A program made the position numbers and the translations under genes. Below are positions 27,641 to 37,927 of a DNA stretch of 52,561 bases, one piece after another (positions within the stretch are counted from its first letter, which is position 1; every line of letters starts with the position of its first letter). Under the pieces are notes generated by a model, which saw only the letters and a program-made list of their open reading frames with translations, had not been told where the DNA came from and made no database searches. This DNA is from a virus (lineage: Duplodnaviria; Caudoviricetes): positions 1 through 52,561 of the IMG/VR virus record IMGVR_UViG_3300035670_000290; one strand, written 5' to 3'.

Positions 27641-28440
27641 TGGCATTAGTTGACACTCGGTTCAACTCTTATCAACCGAACCTAACTGTACTTGCATCGA
27701 ATAATGTAATAAAGTTAGGTTCGGTTATCACAGTTGATGTGAGGTCAACACTGTCTCCTGGTCGAGCAAATGTAAGACCAACTCAGAGTTATAATGCATT
27801 AGTCAAAACTGATTATAGAATTCCCAGTAATATTGGATCAACAACTAACGTTGCGATCTATGTGAATAGTTCTCTGCCATTTGAGTCAAGTAACGCAGGT
27901 TACAGAACATTTAGCACGACTAATCAATTTGTGTCTGTAGTATCTGACGAACAGAACTTCAGAACATATAATCCTAGAGTTGCTGCGGCTGTTCAAGTAA
28001 ATTCTTCTCAAATTATAGCAAACGTTACACCTGTCGTTGTTGAAGAGTCGTCTAGAATTTATGGATATAGAATTCCATATAGAAATAATATGATCTATGT
28101 TGCGATTTCCGAAACTCTTCCTGGAAATAAGAAGTCTGGTATCTTGAGAGAAAATTATGTTTATGTGATGGATGCGAAAAATGAGAATCAAAGTAAGAGT
28201 ATAAAAGAAGATAATCGAATTGTGAATTCTCTTATTGTAAATCGAACAAATTATACCAAAATAACTACGTCATATAAAGACAAAAAACAAGTTCAAGTCA
28301 CAACAAGAAGAACGCCAACATCTATTCAAACATTGATCAAACCAGTCAATGTTATCGATGAAGCAAATGGCGTTTATAGTGGAAGCGGCGCAGGTGGTGG
28401 CGGTGGTGGCGGTGGCGGTATAACAGAATACTGGAGTTAG
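27640..28440 (+). CDS. Hypothetical structural protein
   Basis: TGATG overlap with the previous gene; ends in poly-Gly + ITEYWS. Confidence 0.55.
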   Translation: MALVDTRFNSYQPNLTVLASNNVIKLGSVITVDVRSTLSPGRANVRPTQSYNALVKTDYRIPSNIGSTTNVAIYVNSSLPFESSNAGYRTFSTTNQFVSVVSDEQNFRTYNPRVAAAVQVNSSQIIANVTPVVVEESSRIYGYRIPYRNNMIYVAISETLPGNKKSGILRENYVYVMDAKNENQSKSIKEDNRIVNSLIVNRTNYTKITTSYKDKKQVQVTTRRTPTSIQTLIKPVNVIDEANGVYSGSGAGGGGGGGGGITEYWS

Positions 28441-28447
28441 TTATTCT

Positions 28448-30901
28448 ATGGCTGGCAAATTATCTGGAAATGCTATCGCGAATGGCACAGTCACGACTGT
28501 ACAGTTGGCTGCTGATGTTTCGCAAGTCATCGCTCAGGGCGGTGGTCCAAAAGTCACTGCTATTGAATATGCTAATGGTACTCTTGCCGCAGACAATACA
28601 GGCAACTCAGTTGTAATTGTTACAGGTACTGGATTCAATCCTGGAGTTGCTGTTTATGTGAATGGTGTTGTATCCTCAACAGTCACCAGAGCAAATGCTA
28701 ATTCTCTTTCTTTCACAGTTCCTGCGAATACTCAAGGAACAACAGTTCCGTTTTATGTTGTAAACACAGACGGTGGTTCGGCTGTCTATTTTCCTGGAAT
28801 TACACTATCAGGAACGCCAACATGGTTGACTAATGCAGATCTGGGCACTGTTTCTCCAAATACTGATGTTTCCCTCGCCCCTTTGTTTGCTTATGCAGAA
28901 GGCGATCTAACTCCAATCTATGCAACTGGCGGTACAGTAGCAAATATCAATAACTACACCATTCATACGTTTACATCAACCTCAACATTCAACGTTTCTT
29001 TTGGTGGTGGTGCAGTTGAATATCTCGTTGTCGCTGCGGGCGGCGGTGGTGGTAACGACATGGGCGGTGGTGGAGGTGGTGGCGGTGTACTCGCAAACAC
29101 CGTAAACGTCACTGCTACAAATTATACCATTACTATTGGTGCTGGTGGTGTTGGCGGAACAGGTTATGCTGCCACACCAACTGCAGGTGCTAATGGCAGT
29201 AATACTTCTTTCGGCAACACTATCATTGCAGTTGGTGGTGGTGGTGCTGGATCAGGTCACAGAACTGATGCTCCTTATGTTGGTGGTAATGCTAGAATTG
29301 GTGGTAGTGGCGGTGGTTCTGCTGCACGATATCGTTACTCAGGTGCACCACAATCATTAGGTGCAGATGCAATTGGTGTTCCGTCATGGCAACTTGGTAC
29401 TCGTGGTGGACACTCGCCAGAAACTCAAGTGAGTGATCAATATTACGCTGGCGGTGGTGGTGGCGCAGGTGGCAATACATCATTGGCTGGAATGGCTAAT
29501 GGAACCATCGATGCTGTAAGCGGAACTCGTGCTGGTCATGGTGGCGATGGATATTCTTCAAATATCTCAGGAACATCATACTATTATGCTGGTGGTGGCG
29601 GTGGCGCAAATCACACTGCTGGAACTGCTGGTAAAGGTGGCTATGGTGGTGGCGGTGGTGGTAGCAGCTGGGGCGCACCTGCAGGTATCGGTGGTCTTGG
29701 TGGTATTGCAAACGGATCAAATGGTGGATCTGCAGCTGGTGCTACTGTTGGTGGTGCTGGTGCAAATAATACTGGTGGTGGCGGTGGTGGTGGAAATCAC
29801 CAAGGAAATGGTGGCGCAGGTGGATCAGGTATTGTCTACATCAAATATCCAAAGAATGATACAGTCGTTAGTAATCTAACATATTCACTCGTTTCAGGCT
29901 CACTACCACCTGGACTCAATCTTGCTTCTAATGGTCAAATCACTGGTAACGTAACCAACCCACCAAACGTAAGCACAACTTATAACTTTACTGTTGCTGC
30001 TGGTCCTGACGCTGAAAATCAATACGGCGAAAGAACATTTAGCCTTACTGTGATCAATCCATCATTGGTGGCTACAGGTGGAACGATCACATATTCTGGC
30101 AATTATAAGATTCATACGTTTACATCTTCTGGAAGTTTTGTAGTTTCCGCAAATCCAAACAGTTTGAATCTTGAGTATCTCGTCGTTGGCGGAGGCGGTG
30201 GTGGTGGTGAAACTATCGGCGGTGGCGGTGGTGGCGGTAACGTTCAAACAGGTAATATCACATCTGCTGCTGTACAAACTTATACAATCACAGTTGGTGC
30301 TGGTGGTGCGGCTGGATATGATGGACAAAATAGTTCATATCCAGGCGGTGTGTCAGGAAACAATTCAAGTATCACAGCAACTGGTGTAAGTATTACTGCC
30401 AATGGCGGCGGCGGTGGTGGTGGATATAACAGCGGCGGTACAGGCACTGGTGGTGGTCACGGTGGTGGTCAAGGTGCTGGTGGCGGTGGTGGTGTTGCTG
30501 CTGGTCCTGGAAATAATGCTGGTGGTACATCAGGAACTAACAATAACTCAGGCGCAGGTGGCGGTGGAGCTGGTGGCGCAGGATCTCCATCATCAAGCGG
30601 CGTTTGTGGTGCGGGTGGTGCAGGTGCTGCATCAAGCATCAGCGGAACACTAGCCTACTATGGTGGTGGCGGTGGAGGTGGTGCTCGTGTTCCAAATGGT
30701 GGCAATGGTGCTACTGGTGGATCAAGTGTCGGTGGAACTGGCGGTACTGGTGGTGGCACTGGCACAGTAAGCGGAACTGCTGGCGCAACAAACACAGGTT
30801 CTGGTGGTGGCGGTGGTGGATATACAGATTCTGGTGCGGTAAATGGTAGCGGCGGTGCTGGTGGCTCAGGTGTGGTAATTATCCGTTATTTGGTAACATG
30901 A
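28448..30901 (+). CDS. Fibre tip protein: IPT/TIG + putative Ig + two Gly-rich domains
   Basis: Shared N-terminal motif + GGGPKV; VTGTGF...V.N.DG (IPT); YSLVSGSLPPGLNL..NG.I.G (putative Ig); ATGG...IHTFTS...YLVV.GGGGG domains. Confidence 0.7.
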   Translation: MAGKLSGNAIANGTVTTVQLAADVSQVIAQGGGPKVTAIEYANGTLAADNTGNSVVIVTGTGFNPGVAVYVNGVVSSTVTRANANSLSFTVPANTQGTTVPFYVVNTDGGSAVYFPGITLSGTPTWLTNADLGTVSPNTDVSLAPLFAYAEGDLTPIYATGGTVANINNYTIHTFTSTSTFNVSFGGGAVEYLVVAAGGGGGNDMGGGGGGGGVLANTVNVTATNYTITIGAGGVGGTGYAATPTAGANGSNTSFGNTIIAVGGGGAGSGHRTDAPYVGGNARIGGSGGGSAARYRYSGAPQSLGADAIGVPSWQLGTRGGHSPETQVSDQYYAGGGGGAGGNTSLAGMANGTIDAVSGTRAGHGGDGYSSNISGTSYYYAGGGGGANHTAGTAGKGGYGGGGGGSSWGAPAGIGGLGGIANGSNGGSAAGATVGGAGANNTGGGGGGGNHQGNGGAGGSGIVYIKYPKNDTVVSNLTYSLVSGSLPPGLNLASNGQITGNVTNPPNVSTTYNFTVAAGPDAENQYGERTFSLTVINPSLVATGGTITYSGNYKIHTFTSSGSFVVSANPNSLNLEYLVVGGGGGGGETIGGGGGGGNVQTGNITSAAVQTYTITVGAGGAAGYDGQNSSYPGGVSGNNSSITATGVSITANGGGGGGGYNSGGTGTGGGHGGGQGAGGGGGVAAGPGNNAGGTSGTNNNSGAGGGGAGGAGSPSSSGVCGAGGAGAASSISGTLAYYGGGGGGGARVPNGGNGATGGSSVGGTGGTGGGTGTVSGTAGATNTGSGGGGGGYTDSGAVNGSGGAGGSGVVIIRYLVT

Positions 30902-30902
30902 T

Positions 30903-32405
30903 ATGGCTGGTAAATTAGACGGCACAGCAATTGAAGCTGGAACAGTAGATACAAGTAAACTTGCAGGTGATGTGAGTGCAGTCATTCAGGCTGGCGGCGG
31001 ACCAAAGGTTATTTCAATTGGATATCCTGGAGATGATACTGCTGCGAATACTGGTGGTGGTCAAACAATCACTGTAACTGGATCAGGATTCAATCCTAAC
31101 GTTCGTGTTTTTATTGGAACAGTTTCTGGTGGATCAGAAGCACCAACTGTCTCTAGAGCAAATACAAATTCTCTGTCATTCACAACGCCAGCATTAGCAG
31201 CTGGCATCTACCAGTTATATGTTGTAAATCAGGATGGTGGAGTAGGAACGTTCCCAAGATTTCAGGTTTCTGGTGATCCAACTTGGGTTAGTCCATCATC
31301 GCTCGGACAGTTTGTCATTTCTTCAGGCATGCTCAAGCAACTTGAAGCCACTTCTGACTCAACAATATTGTATACCCTAGCAAACGGAAGTTCGCTCCCT
31401 GCTGGAACTTCATTGGCTTCTAATGGTTTGATTAGTGGATCTTTGACGTCACCTCCTGCAGCAGAAACAACTTATAACTTCAACGTAGTTGCAACTGACC
31501 AAGAAAACCAAAGTTCAGAAAAAGCATTCTCTTATACTGGAATCTTGTTCACGTTTAGCATTTCTCCAGCAGTAAACGGTCAGAGCAATATTGCTCTCAC
31601 AACAGGATCAACATTCAACATTACAACCAATGGCGCATATACTCTAACTCCTCTTGGTGATTTTAGCGCCAATGTTCAGGTTTGGGGAGCTGGAGGCGGC
31701 GGATATGGTGGCGGCACTGGTGGCGGTGGTGGATACTCAACAGGAATAATTTCCTTCAAGAACGGAGTTCAGTATAATGTAGTTGTTGGTTCTGCTGGAG
31801 CCAGCACTCCTTCTGGTCGTGCTGCATCTGGTGCTGGTGCTGGTTCAGGTATTGAATTCAAAACTAACTCAGATCCAATTATTGTTGCAGGTGGTGGCGG
31901 TGGTTCTGCGGGTGGTGGACCAGGACAATCAAGAGGCGGTGCTGGTGGTGGTGGTCCAACTGGCCAAAATGCTCTCAGCGTGGGAGCAGGTGGTTATGGT
32001 GGTACACAATCTGCTGCTGGTGCTGGTGGTTATGGTGGTCGTCGTGCTGGTGCTTCTGGCTCAGGAAGAAATGGTGGCGGTGGCAATACAGGTTCTCCAG
32101 CAGCTGCTGGTGGCGTTGGATTTGGTAATGGCGGAATCGGCACATACAATGGTGGTGACCAAGGCTCTGGTGGTGGCGGTGGTGGATATTGGGGTGGCGG
32201 TGAAGGTGGTGGTGACGCTGGCGGCTTCGGCGGTGGCGGCGGCTCAGGCTTCATAAATACTAATGTTGTGACTAGTGGGAATACGCAACAAGCAAATTAT
32301 AGATGGACTCCAAATACTTCGCCGCAATATTCTCCTAGCATTGGCAATGGTGGTCTTGGAACTTCGAATGGAAGTAACGGAGCAATTATCTTTATAGGAA
32401 TTTGA
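30903..32405 (+). CDS. Fibre tip protein: IPT/TIG + putative Ig + Gly-rich domain
   Basis: YPGDDTAANT.GGQ IPT domain, SSLPAG Ig-like domain, VWGAGGG...IIVAGGGGG...GGGGSG Gly-rich domain. Confidence 0.7.
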   Translation: MAGKLDGTAIEAGTVDTSKLAGDVSAVIQAGGGPKVISIGYPGDDTAANTGGGQTITVTGSGFNPNVRVFIGTVSGGSEAPTVSRANTNSLSFTTPALAAGIYQLYVVNQDGGVGTFPRFQVSGDPTWVSPSSLGQFVISSGMLKQLEATSDSTILYTLANGSSLPAGTSLASNGLISGSLTSPPAAETTYNFNVVATDQENQSSEKAFSYTGILFTFSISPAVNGQSNIALTTGSTFNITTNGAYTLTPLGDFSANVQVWGAGGGGYGGGTGGGGGYSTGIISFKNGVQYNVVVGSAGASTPSGRAASGAGAGSGIEFKTNSDPIIVAGGGGGSAGGGPGQSRGGAGGGGPTGQNALSVGAGGYGGTQSAAGAGGYGGRRAGASGSGRNGGGGNTGSPAAAGGVGFGNGGIGTYNGGDQGSGGGGGGYWGGGEGGGDAGGFGGGGGSGFINTNVVTSGNTQQANYRWTPNTSPQYSPSIGNGGLGTSNGSNGAIIFIGI

Positions 32406-32406
32406 T

Positions 32407-32979
32407 ATGAATCATTATAATGCGTTGACACTCTTTCCGTGTCATGTGATGTATAAAGAAGAAAAAAGTCTAGTCACAAAAGATTTGATTTCTACTTCTA
32501 AAGAGATTGTAATAAACAATGCAGATGCACCCTTTCATAGTAAGTGTATCAGTACTGTTCGAACAAAAAGTGATATTTTAGATTTACCAGAATTCGCCAA
32601 TATAAAGCAGTTTCTAGGTAATCTTGTTTATGTCTATTGCGAACAAATGAAAATCGACTACTCAAAATTACACATTTTAGATAGTTGGTTGAATCTATAT
32701 GAAGAGGGTGGTTATCAAGATTTACATAATCATCACGATTCGATGATTTCTGGAGTATTTTGGCTACAGAGCTCGGAAGAAAAAGACTTTGTTTTTCAGG
32801 CTCCATGGCACTTTATGCAACCAAGATTGCCGAATTATACTGAGAACAATCTAAACAATTGCCATAACGTGGAAATAAATAGCAATGTGGGTAGGGGAAT
32901 GGTGTTTATGAGTCATATGCTCCACCGAACTCTCCCAACGAAACAAGAAAGAATTAGCCTGAGTTTCAATGTAGGATAA
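32407..32979 (+). CDS. 2OG-Fe(II) oxygenase (TIGR02466-like, HxH type)
   Basis: LFP N-terminus; SWLN...GGYQDLHNH..SMISGVFW; F.S.MLH; ERISLSFN. Confidence 0.8.
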   Translation: MNHYNALTLFPCHVMYKEEKSLVTKDLISTSKEIVINNADAPFHSKCISTVRTKSDILDLPEFANIKQFLGNLVYVYCEQMKIDYSKLHILDSWLNLYEEGGYQDLHNHHDSMISGVFWLQSSEEKDFVFQAPWHFMQPRLPNYTENNLNNCHNVEINSNVGRGMVFMSHMLHRTLPTKQERISLSFNVG

Positions 32980-32981
32980 AG

Positions 32982-33212
32982 ATGTCAATAAATCTAATAC
33001 CTGGCGAAGCGATTGAGTCGAATACGATTACGACGACTCAAATGAATGAGGATACTTGGGCTCAAGTTTATGCGGCTCTAGCAGCAGCGAATGCGGCATA
33101 CGCAGCCGCTAATGCAGCGTATAATCAAGCAAATACCGCAAACTCGGGTGTAACAACAATTATCAGTACAGGAACTGGCGCATCTTTGGGTCTTGTGATC
33201 GCATTGAGCTGA
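32982..33212 (+). CDS. Mini anchor protein (N-terminal docking motif + short heptads + hydrophobic tail)
   Basis: IPGEAIESNTITTTQM; ANAAY heptads; ends GASLGLVIALS; paralog of 48788. Confidence 0.6.
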   Translation: MSINLIPGEAIESNTITTTQMNEDTWAQVYAALAAANAAYAAANAAYNQANTANSGVTTIISTGTGASLGLVIALS

Positions 33213-33228
33213 TCAGTCGGAGAATAAA

Positions 33229-33555
33229 ATGGCAGAAGTATTCAAGATGTACAATCAAACACTGACGACGGCGAATGCCAACGTCTATGTTTGCCCAGCC
33301 AACACAACCGCGATCGTTATCATGGGTCAGGTTGCAAATATTGATGGTGCTAACTCTGCTGACGTCTCAGTTTTTGCTACTGATAGCAGCAATACAAGCA
33401 CCAAATATTTGGCTAAAACTGTTCCAGTTCCAGCAGATGCTGCGATCACCTTTCTAACAGGTAAACTAGTCCTAGAAGCAGGTGATTATATTACAGCAAA
33501 CTGCACAGCAAATGATCATCTAGATGTAACAGTAAGCGTACTACAACTATCGTAA
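33229..33555 (+). CDS. ~110-aa fibre adaptor-like protein (MAEVFK class)
   Basis: GGAG SD; VY.CP..TTAIV....VANIDG...VPADA....GKLVLEAGD. Confidence 0.6.
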   Translation: MAEVFKMYNQTLTTANANVYVCPANTTAIVIMGQVANIDGANSADVSVFATDSSNTSTKYLAKTVPVPADAAITFLTGKLVLEAGDYITANCTANDHLDVTVSVLQLS

Positions 33556-33556
33556 A

Positions 33557-35167
33557 ATGACTTCACCATTCATCGGAAAAAGAAATCTTCCTAGTGCTGA
33601 TGCCGCAAATATTGCGGGCATATGGTCAATGAATGACATCGGTGCGTTACGTTATTACAACTTCGTCACTGATACCAGCGGCTATTATGCTGTTTTGGCA
33701 TTCAAGTCATCTGGTGAATGGATATGTCCAGCTGGTGTCAATGAAGTTGAATATCTAATTCTTGCTGGCGGTGGTGGCGGAACCAATGGTGGAAATCCAG
33801 GACTCGGCGTTGGTGGCGGTGGTGGTGGATTTAGAACTGGATCTGGTCTTGCAGTGACTCCTGGAAGTACATACACAATCACCATTGGTGGCGGAGGAGG
33901 AGCCAGTTCTAACGGATCAAATTCATTTTTTGGAATATCACCTGGTGGAATCTTTTCTACTGGTGGTGGCGGTGGCGGTTCAAAATCAGGTGGTTCTGGT
34001 GGCGCACCTGCAGGTCTAGGAAATATAGTTGGATATTCTCCACCAGAAGGCTATGATGCAACTCCTGGACCGACACGTCGTGGTGGTGGTGCTGGTGGTC
34101 CAGGTGGACAAAATGCCACATCAACAATCACTGGCACAACTTTAGGTTATGGTGCTGGTGGTGGTGGAGAAGTATTAGACCCGAATGCAGGAGCACAAGG
34201 AGCATCACCTGGTTCTAGCGGTTTGGCTGATCCTGGTGGATCTGGTGTTGCCAACTTTGGTGGTGGTGGCGGCGGTGGCGGCAGTGGTCCAGGTGGAATG
34301 GGCGGTGGCGGATATGGTGGTCCAGGTGGATCAGGTGTTGTCATCCTTCGATACAAAATTGCATCAGGCAATTCAATTGTTTTCTACAATTCAACTAATT
34401 GGGTTGCTCCACCTGGTTCAGTATCTGTCGATTATCTCATCGTTGGTGGTGGTGGCGGTGGCGGTGCTTGGGTTGGTGGCGGTGGTGGCGCTGGTGGATT
34501 CCGCACTGGAACTGCATATCCAATCACTGCTGGAAATACTTACCCAATTACAATTGGTGCTGGTGGAGTTGGTTGGAGTTTAGGACCAAGTGGAAGTTTG
34601 ACTACAACAGGCACAGTTGGTGGTAATAGTACATTCGCAACTATCACCTCACTTGGTGGTGGATTTGGTGGTGGATACGGTCCGAATAATCCAGGATCTT
34701 CAACAGGTGGTTCTGGTGGTGGTGCTGGTGGTGGCGATGGCTACTCGACCACAGGATCTGCAGGAACTCCAGGACAAGGTTATGCGGGCGGCAATGGAAC
34801 AGGTCAGCCGCTATATTATGGTGGTGGTGGCGGTGGCGCTGGTGCTGCAGGTCAAAATGGCGGAAGTCCATATGGTGGTGGTGCAGGTGGCGCAGGTCTC
34901 TCATCATCACTTTCTGGCGCATCAGTGACCTATGCTGGTGGCGGTGGTGGTGGAAATAATGGAGGAATTCCGAGTGGCGCTGGCGGTGCTGGTGGTGGTG
35001 GATCTGGTTCTGGATTCAATACTAATCCAGCTGGTGGATCAACAGCAAATAATGGAATAGCCAATCTTGGTGGAGGTGGTGGTGGATCAGGTCAAGGGAG
35101 TTCATCACCACAATCCACAGGTGGTAGCGGCGGTTCTGGTATTGTAATTCTAAAAGTAAACTTCTAA
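33557..35167 (+). CDS. Glycine-rich adhesin-like protein (two Gly-rich domains)
   Basis: Same W.CP.GV..VEYL..GGGGG / GGSG.VIL framework, twice. Confidence 0.7.
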   Translation: MTSPFIGKRNLPSADAANIAGIWSMNDIGALRYYNFVTDTSGYYAVLAFKSSGEWICPAGVNEVEYLILAGGGGGTNGGNPGLGVGGGGGGFRTGSGLAVTPGSTYTITIGGGGGASSNGSNSFFGISPGGIFSTGGGGGGSKSGGSGGAPAGLGNIVGYSPPEGYDATPGPTRRGGGAGGPGGQNATSTITGTTLGYGAGGGGEVLDPNAGAQGASPGSSGLADPGGSGVANFGGGGGGGGSGPGGMGGGGYGGPGGSGVVILRYKIASGNSIVFYNSTNWVAPPGSVSVDYLIVGGGGGGGAWVGGGGGAGGFRTGTAYPITAGNTYPITIGAGGVGWSLGPSGSLTTTGTVGGNSTFATITSLGGGFGGGYGPNNPGSSTGGSGGGAGGGDGYSTTGSAGTPGQGYAGGNGTGQPLYYGGGGGGAGAAGQNGGSPYGGGAGGAGLSSSLSGASVTYAGGGGGGNNGGIPSGAGGAGGGGSGSGFNTNPAGGSTANNGIANLGGGGGGSGQGSSSPQSTGGSGGSGIVILKVNF

Positions 35168-35183
35168 TAGAGGGTGAATAATC

Positions 35184-35429
35184 ATGGAATCAAAAATTTA
35201 TCGTTTTTATGGTATCGACACGGCTATGGAATTGCTTCGTCCAGGAGCAAAGTGGGAAATAACGAATTCTCATTTTACACGCTGGGAAGATGAAAGACCT
35301 CAGCCAACTTGGGAAGAAGTAATGGATACCATGGAGAAAATCAAGGCTTTCGAAGACTCCATAAATACTATTTGGACTGAAAAACAGATTGAAGAAATTA
35401 CTGGTATTATGAAATCTATGGAGCAATAA
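35184..35429 (+). CDS. Small fibre-associated hypothetical protein
   Basis: LRPGAKW...RW.D.RPQPTWEEV motif, reminiscent of XkdW-like small tail proteins. Confidence 0.5.
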   Translation: MESKIYRFYGIDTAMELLRPGAKWEITNSHFTRWEDERPQPTWEEVMDTMEKIKAFEDSINTIWTEKQIEEITGIMKSMEQ

Positions 35430-35430
35430 C

Positions 35431-36036
35431 GTGAACTTATATAATATTTTTCCCACGACAGTTGGGATGTTTGATCTAGATCGTACTCTAACAGAATCGG
35501 AAATGAAGTTTATACTCGGGCAAGAACAACGCCCAAATATGGGAAATACAACGAGTGTAAACAACTATCTTCTAAAAGAGAAAAAACTATCTAAACTACA
35601 CGATTTTCTAATTTCTTCAGTAAATAAATACTTCGAAGAAATTTATAAGCCGCAGAATGAAGTGAGTTTGTACATCACTCAATCTTGGGCGAACTATACG
35701 GAAAAGGGGCAGTTTCATCATAAACATGCTCATCCGAATAGTTTTATTTCTGGTGTGTTTTATGTACAATCTGATAATGCAAAAGACAGAATCTATTTTT
35801 ACAAAGATGGATATAGTCAATTGAAAGTGCCGCCAAGAGAATGGAATTTACATAATTCTGACTCTTGGTGGTTCGAGGCGATTACTGGAAGATTGGTTCT
35901 ATTTCCTTCTAGCCTTACACATATGGTGGTGGCTGTAGAGTCGGAACAAACGAGAGTCAGTCTTTCATTCAATACCTTCTTGAAAGGTTATGTTGGTAGC
36001 GAAGATGAACTTACAGGACTACGTTTAGGAGAATAA
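35431..36036 (+). CDS. 2OG-Fe(II) oxygenase (TIGR02466-like, HxH type)
   Basis: GTG start after GGAG; IFPT; ITQSWAN; HHKHAHPNSFISGVFY; LFPSSLTH.V; RVSLSFN. Confidence 0.85.
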   Translation: MNLYNIFPTTVGMFDLDRTLTESEMKFILGQEQRPNMGNTTSVNNYLLKEKKLSKLHDFLISSVNKYFEEIYKPQNEVSLYITQSWANYTEKGQFHHKHAHPNSFISGVFYVQSDNAKDRIYFYKDGYSQLKVPPREWNLHNSDSWWFEAITGRLVLFPSSLTHMVVAVESEQTRVSLSFNTFLKGYVGSEDELTGLRLGE

Positions 36037-36040
36037 AATA

Positions 36041-36412
36041 ATGGCGCATTTTGCTCAATTAGATGCTAACAATGTCGTAACACAAGTTATCGTGGTGGCG
36101 AACAAGGATACTGCTGACGCTAATGGTGTTGAGAAAGAACACATTGGTGCAGCATTCTGCGAGCGTTTGCTCGGCGGTACTTGGAAACAAACATCATACA
36201 ATGCAACCCTCCGCAAAAACTATGCAGGAATTGGTTACACATATGATGCTGATCGCGACGCTTTCATTCCACCAAAACCATACGCTTCTTGGGTGATCAA
36301 TAACGAGACATGCACATGGGAAGCACCAGTTGCTCAGCCAACTGATGGTAAGATGTACAGATGGGATGAAGAAACATTGTCATGGGTTGAAATTCCTGGC
36401 ACTGAAGTCTAA
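36041..36412 (+). CDS. Conserved phage protein (MAHFA family), fibre-tip/assembly associated
   Basis: MAHFAQLD.NNVV.QVIVV...WKQTSYN...RKNYAGIGY.YD...DAFI.PKPY.SW...W.AP...Y.WDE; AGGAG SD. Confidence 0.65.
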   Translation: MAHFAQLDANNVVTQVIVVANKDTADANGVEKEHIGAAFCERLLGGTWKQTSYNATLRKNYAGIGYTYDADRDAFIPPKPYASWVINNETCTWEAPVAQPTDGKMYRWDEETLSWVEIPGTEV

Positions 36413-36654
36413 TGACAATCAGAGAGTTGCCTGGATCTGCTATTCAAGACGCAACAATTACTGTTGCGCAGCTGAGTAATACAGCATTTGCAATCCAGTC
36501 AAATACTACTTTGTCTGTAAATGCGAATAGTATCAACTTTGTAAATTCAGCAACTGTACAAGTGACAGTTGAAGAAGGTCAGAGTGGCGCAGCCAACGTA
36601 ACTCTCCGTGGATCTGATACTGGTTTCAATCCATTTATGTTAGCGGGAATGTAA
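36412..36654 (+). CDS. Mini anchor protein
   Basis: LPGSAIQDATITVAQL N-terminal motif; INFVNS motif; ends GFNPFMLAGM. Confidence 0.6.
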   Translation: MTIRELPGSAIQDATITVAQLSNTAFAIQSNTTLSVNANSINFVNSATVQVTVEEGQSGAANVTLRGSDTGFNPFMLAGM

Positions 36655-36655
36655 A

Positions 36656-36988
36656 ATGCCAACAGAGTATAAAGTTTTAGGACAGGTTGCTCCATCGTCA
36701 AACTCAATGACGACTTTGTATACCGTTCCTGCAGCAACACAAGCCGTTGTTTCTTCTTTGACTGTGTGCAATAGATCACAATCAGCAAAATCATTTACAA
36801 TTGCTGTTCGTCCAGATGGAGCAGTGCTTGCAAATGAGCATTATATTGCTTTCGATACAGCAGTTGCAGCAGTTGATACAGTAACTCTGACTATTGGTAT
36901 GACTCTTGGTGCTGATGATGTTGTATCAGTCGCATCATTTGACGCTCATAATTGCAGCTTCACACTGTTCGGTTCAGAAGTGACGTGA
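36656..36988 (+). CDS. ~110-aa fibre adaptor-like protein (YKVLGQ class)
   Basis: Clear paralog of 17552 and 48999. Confidence 0.65.
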   Translation: MPTEYKVLGQVAPSSNSMTTLYTVPAATQAVVSSLTVCNRSQSAKSFTIAVRPDGAVLANEHYIAFDTAVAAVDTVTLTIGMTLGADDVVSVASFDAHNCSFTLFGSEVT

Positions 36989-36994
36989 TGAAAT

Positions 36995-37927
36995 ATGTCA
37001 ATCAGATCACTCGCTAACACTACAAATTTATCGACGCAGAAATTCAGTGCGCGGCGAGTATCGAGTTCTGCTAATTTATCTTCAAAAAAATTCAATGTTC
37101 GGAGTATTATCAGCCCTGTGCAAGGATATTTTGTCACGATTAGTCCTGCATATAATGGCAATACAACGATTGACTTGACGACAGCGAACATAACACTCGC
37201 AAATTCTGGAACTTGGACAATCGTTCCGCTAGTGACTTTTGCAGTAAATGTTGCTATGTGGGGTGCTGGTGGACAAACAGCATCAAGTGCAGCAGGAACT
37301 GCTGGTGCTGGTGGATATTCACAGGGAACTGTTACGTTCAATTCAGGAACAAGTTACACAATTCGTGTTGGTCAGTGGGATGGCGGCGGTGCTGGTCCTG
37401 GTGATGCTGGTAATGGTGGTGGATATACTGGAGTATTTGCTGGAACCGAAACATTTGCGAACTCTGTCATAATCGCTGGTGGTGGCGGTGGTGGTGCCAA
37501 ATATTATAATTCTACGCAAAATGCTGGAGCTGGTGGAGGACCATCAGGTCAAACAAGTAGTGGTGGTGGTGGAACACAATCTGCTGGTGGTGCTGGTGGT
37601 GTCAATGGTGTATACCCAGCATCAGGTACTGGCGCTGCTGGTGGACAACTGACTGGTGGCGCAGGTGCTACAGGTAATCAAGGATATCCAGGTGGTGGCG
37701 GTGGATCTGGTTATTATGGAGGAGGCGGTGGTTTAGCTCGTGTTGGTGGTGATGGCATTTCTGGTGCTGGTGGTGGTGGATCAGGTTATTTGCATCCGTC
37801 GCTAGTTTCAAACGGAAATACTCAAACTGGATCAACAAGTACTGCAGCAAATAGCGCAAGCAGTTTGAGAGGCACCTCAGGTAATGCAGATTCGAATGGC
37901 AGAATTATACTTCTAAGAGCATTATAA
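36995..37927 (+). CDS. Glycine-rich adhesin-like protein (single domain)
   Basis: MWGAGG...IIAGGGGG...GGGTQSAGG...GYYGGGGG...GGGGSGY; same subtype as the C-terminal domain of 30903. Confidence 0.7.
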   Translation: MSIRSLANTTNLSTQKFSARRVSSSANLSSKKFNVRSIISPVQGYFVTISPAYNGNTTIDLTTANITLANSGTWTIVPLVTFAVNVAMWGAGGQTASSAAGTAGAGGYSQGTVTFNSGTSYTIRVGQWDGGGAGPGDAGNGGGYTGVFAGTETFANSVIIAGGGGGGAKYYNSTQNAGAGGGPSGQTSSGGGGTQSAGGAGGVNGVYPASGTGAAGGQLTGGAGATGNQGYPGGGGGSGYYGGGGGLARVGGDGISGAGGGGSGYLHPSLVSNGNTQTGSTSTAANSASSLRGTSGNADSNGRIILLRAL

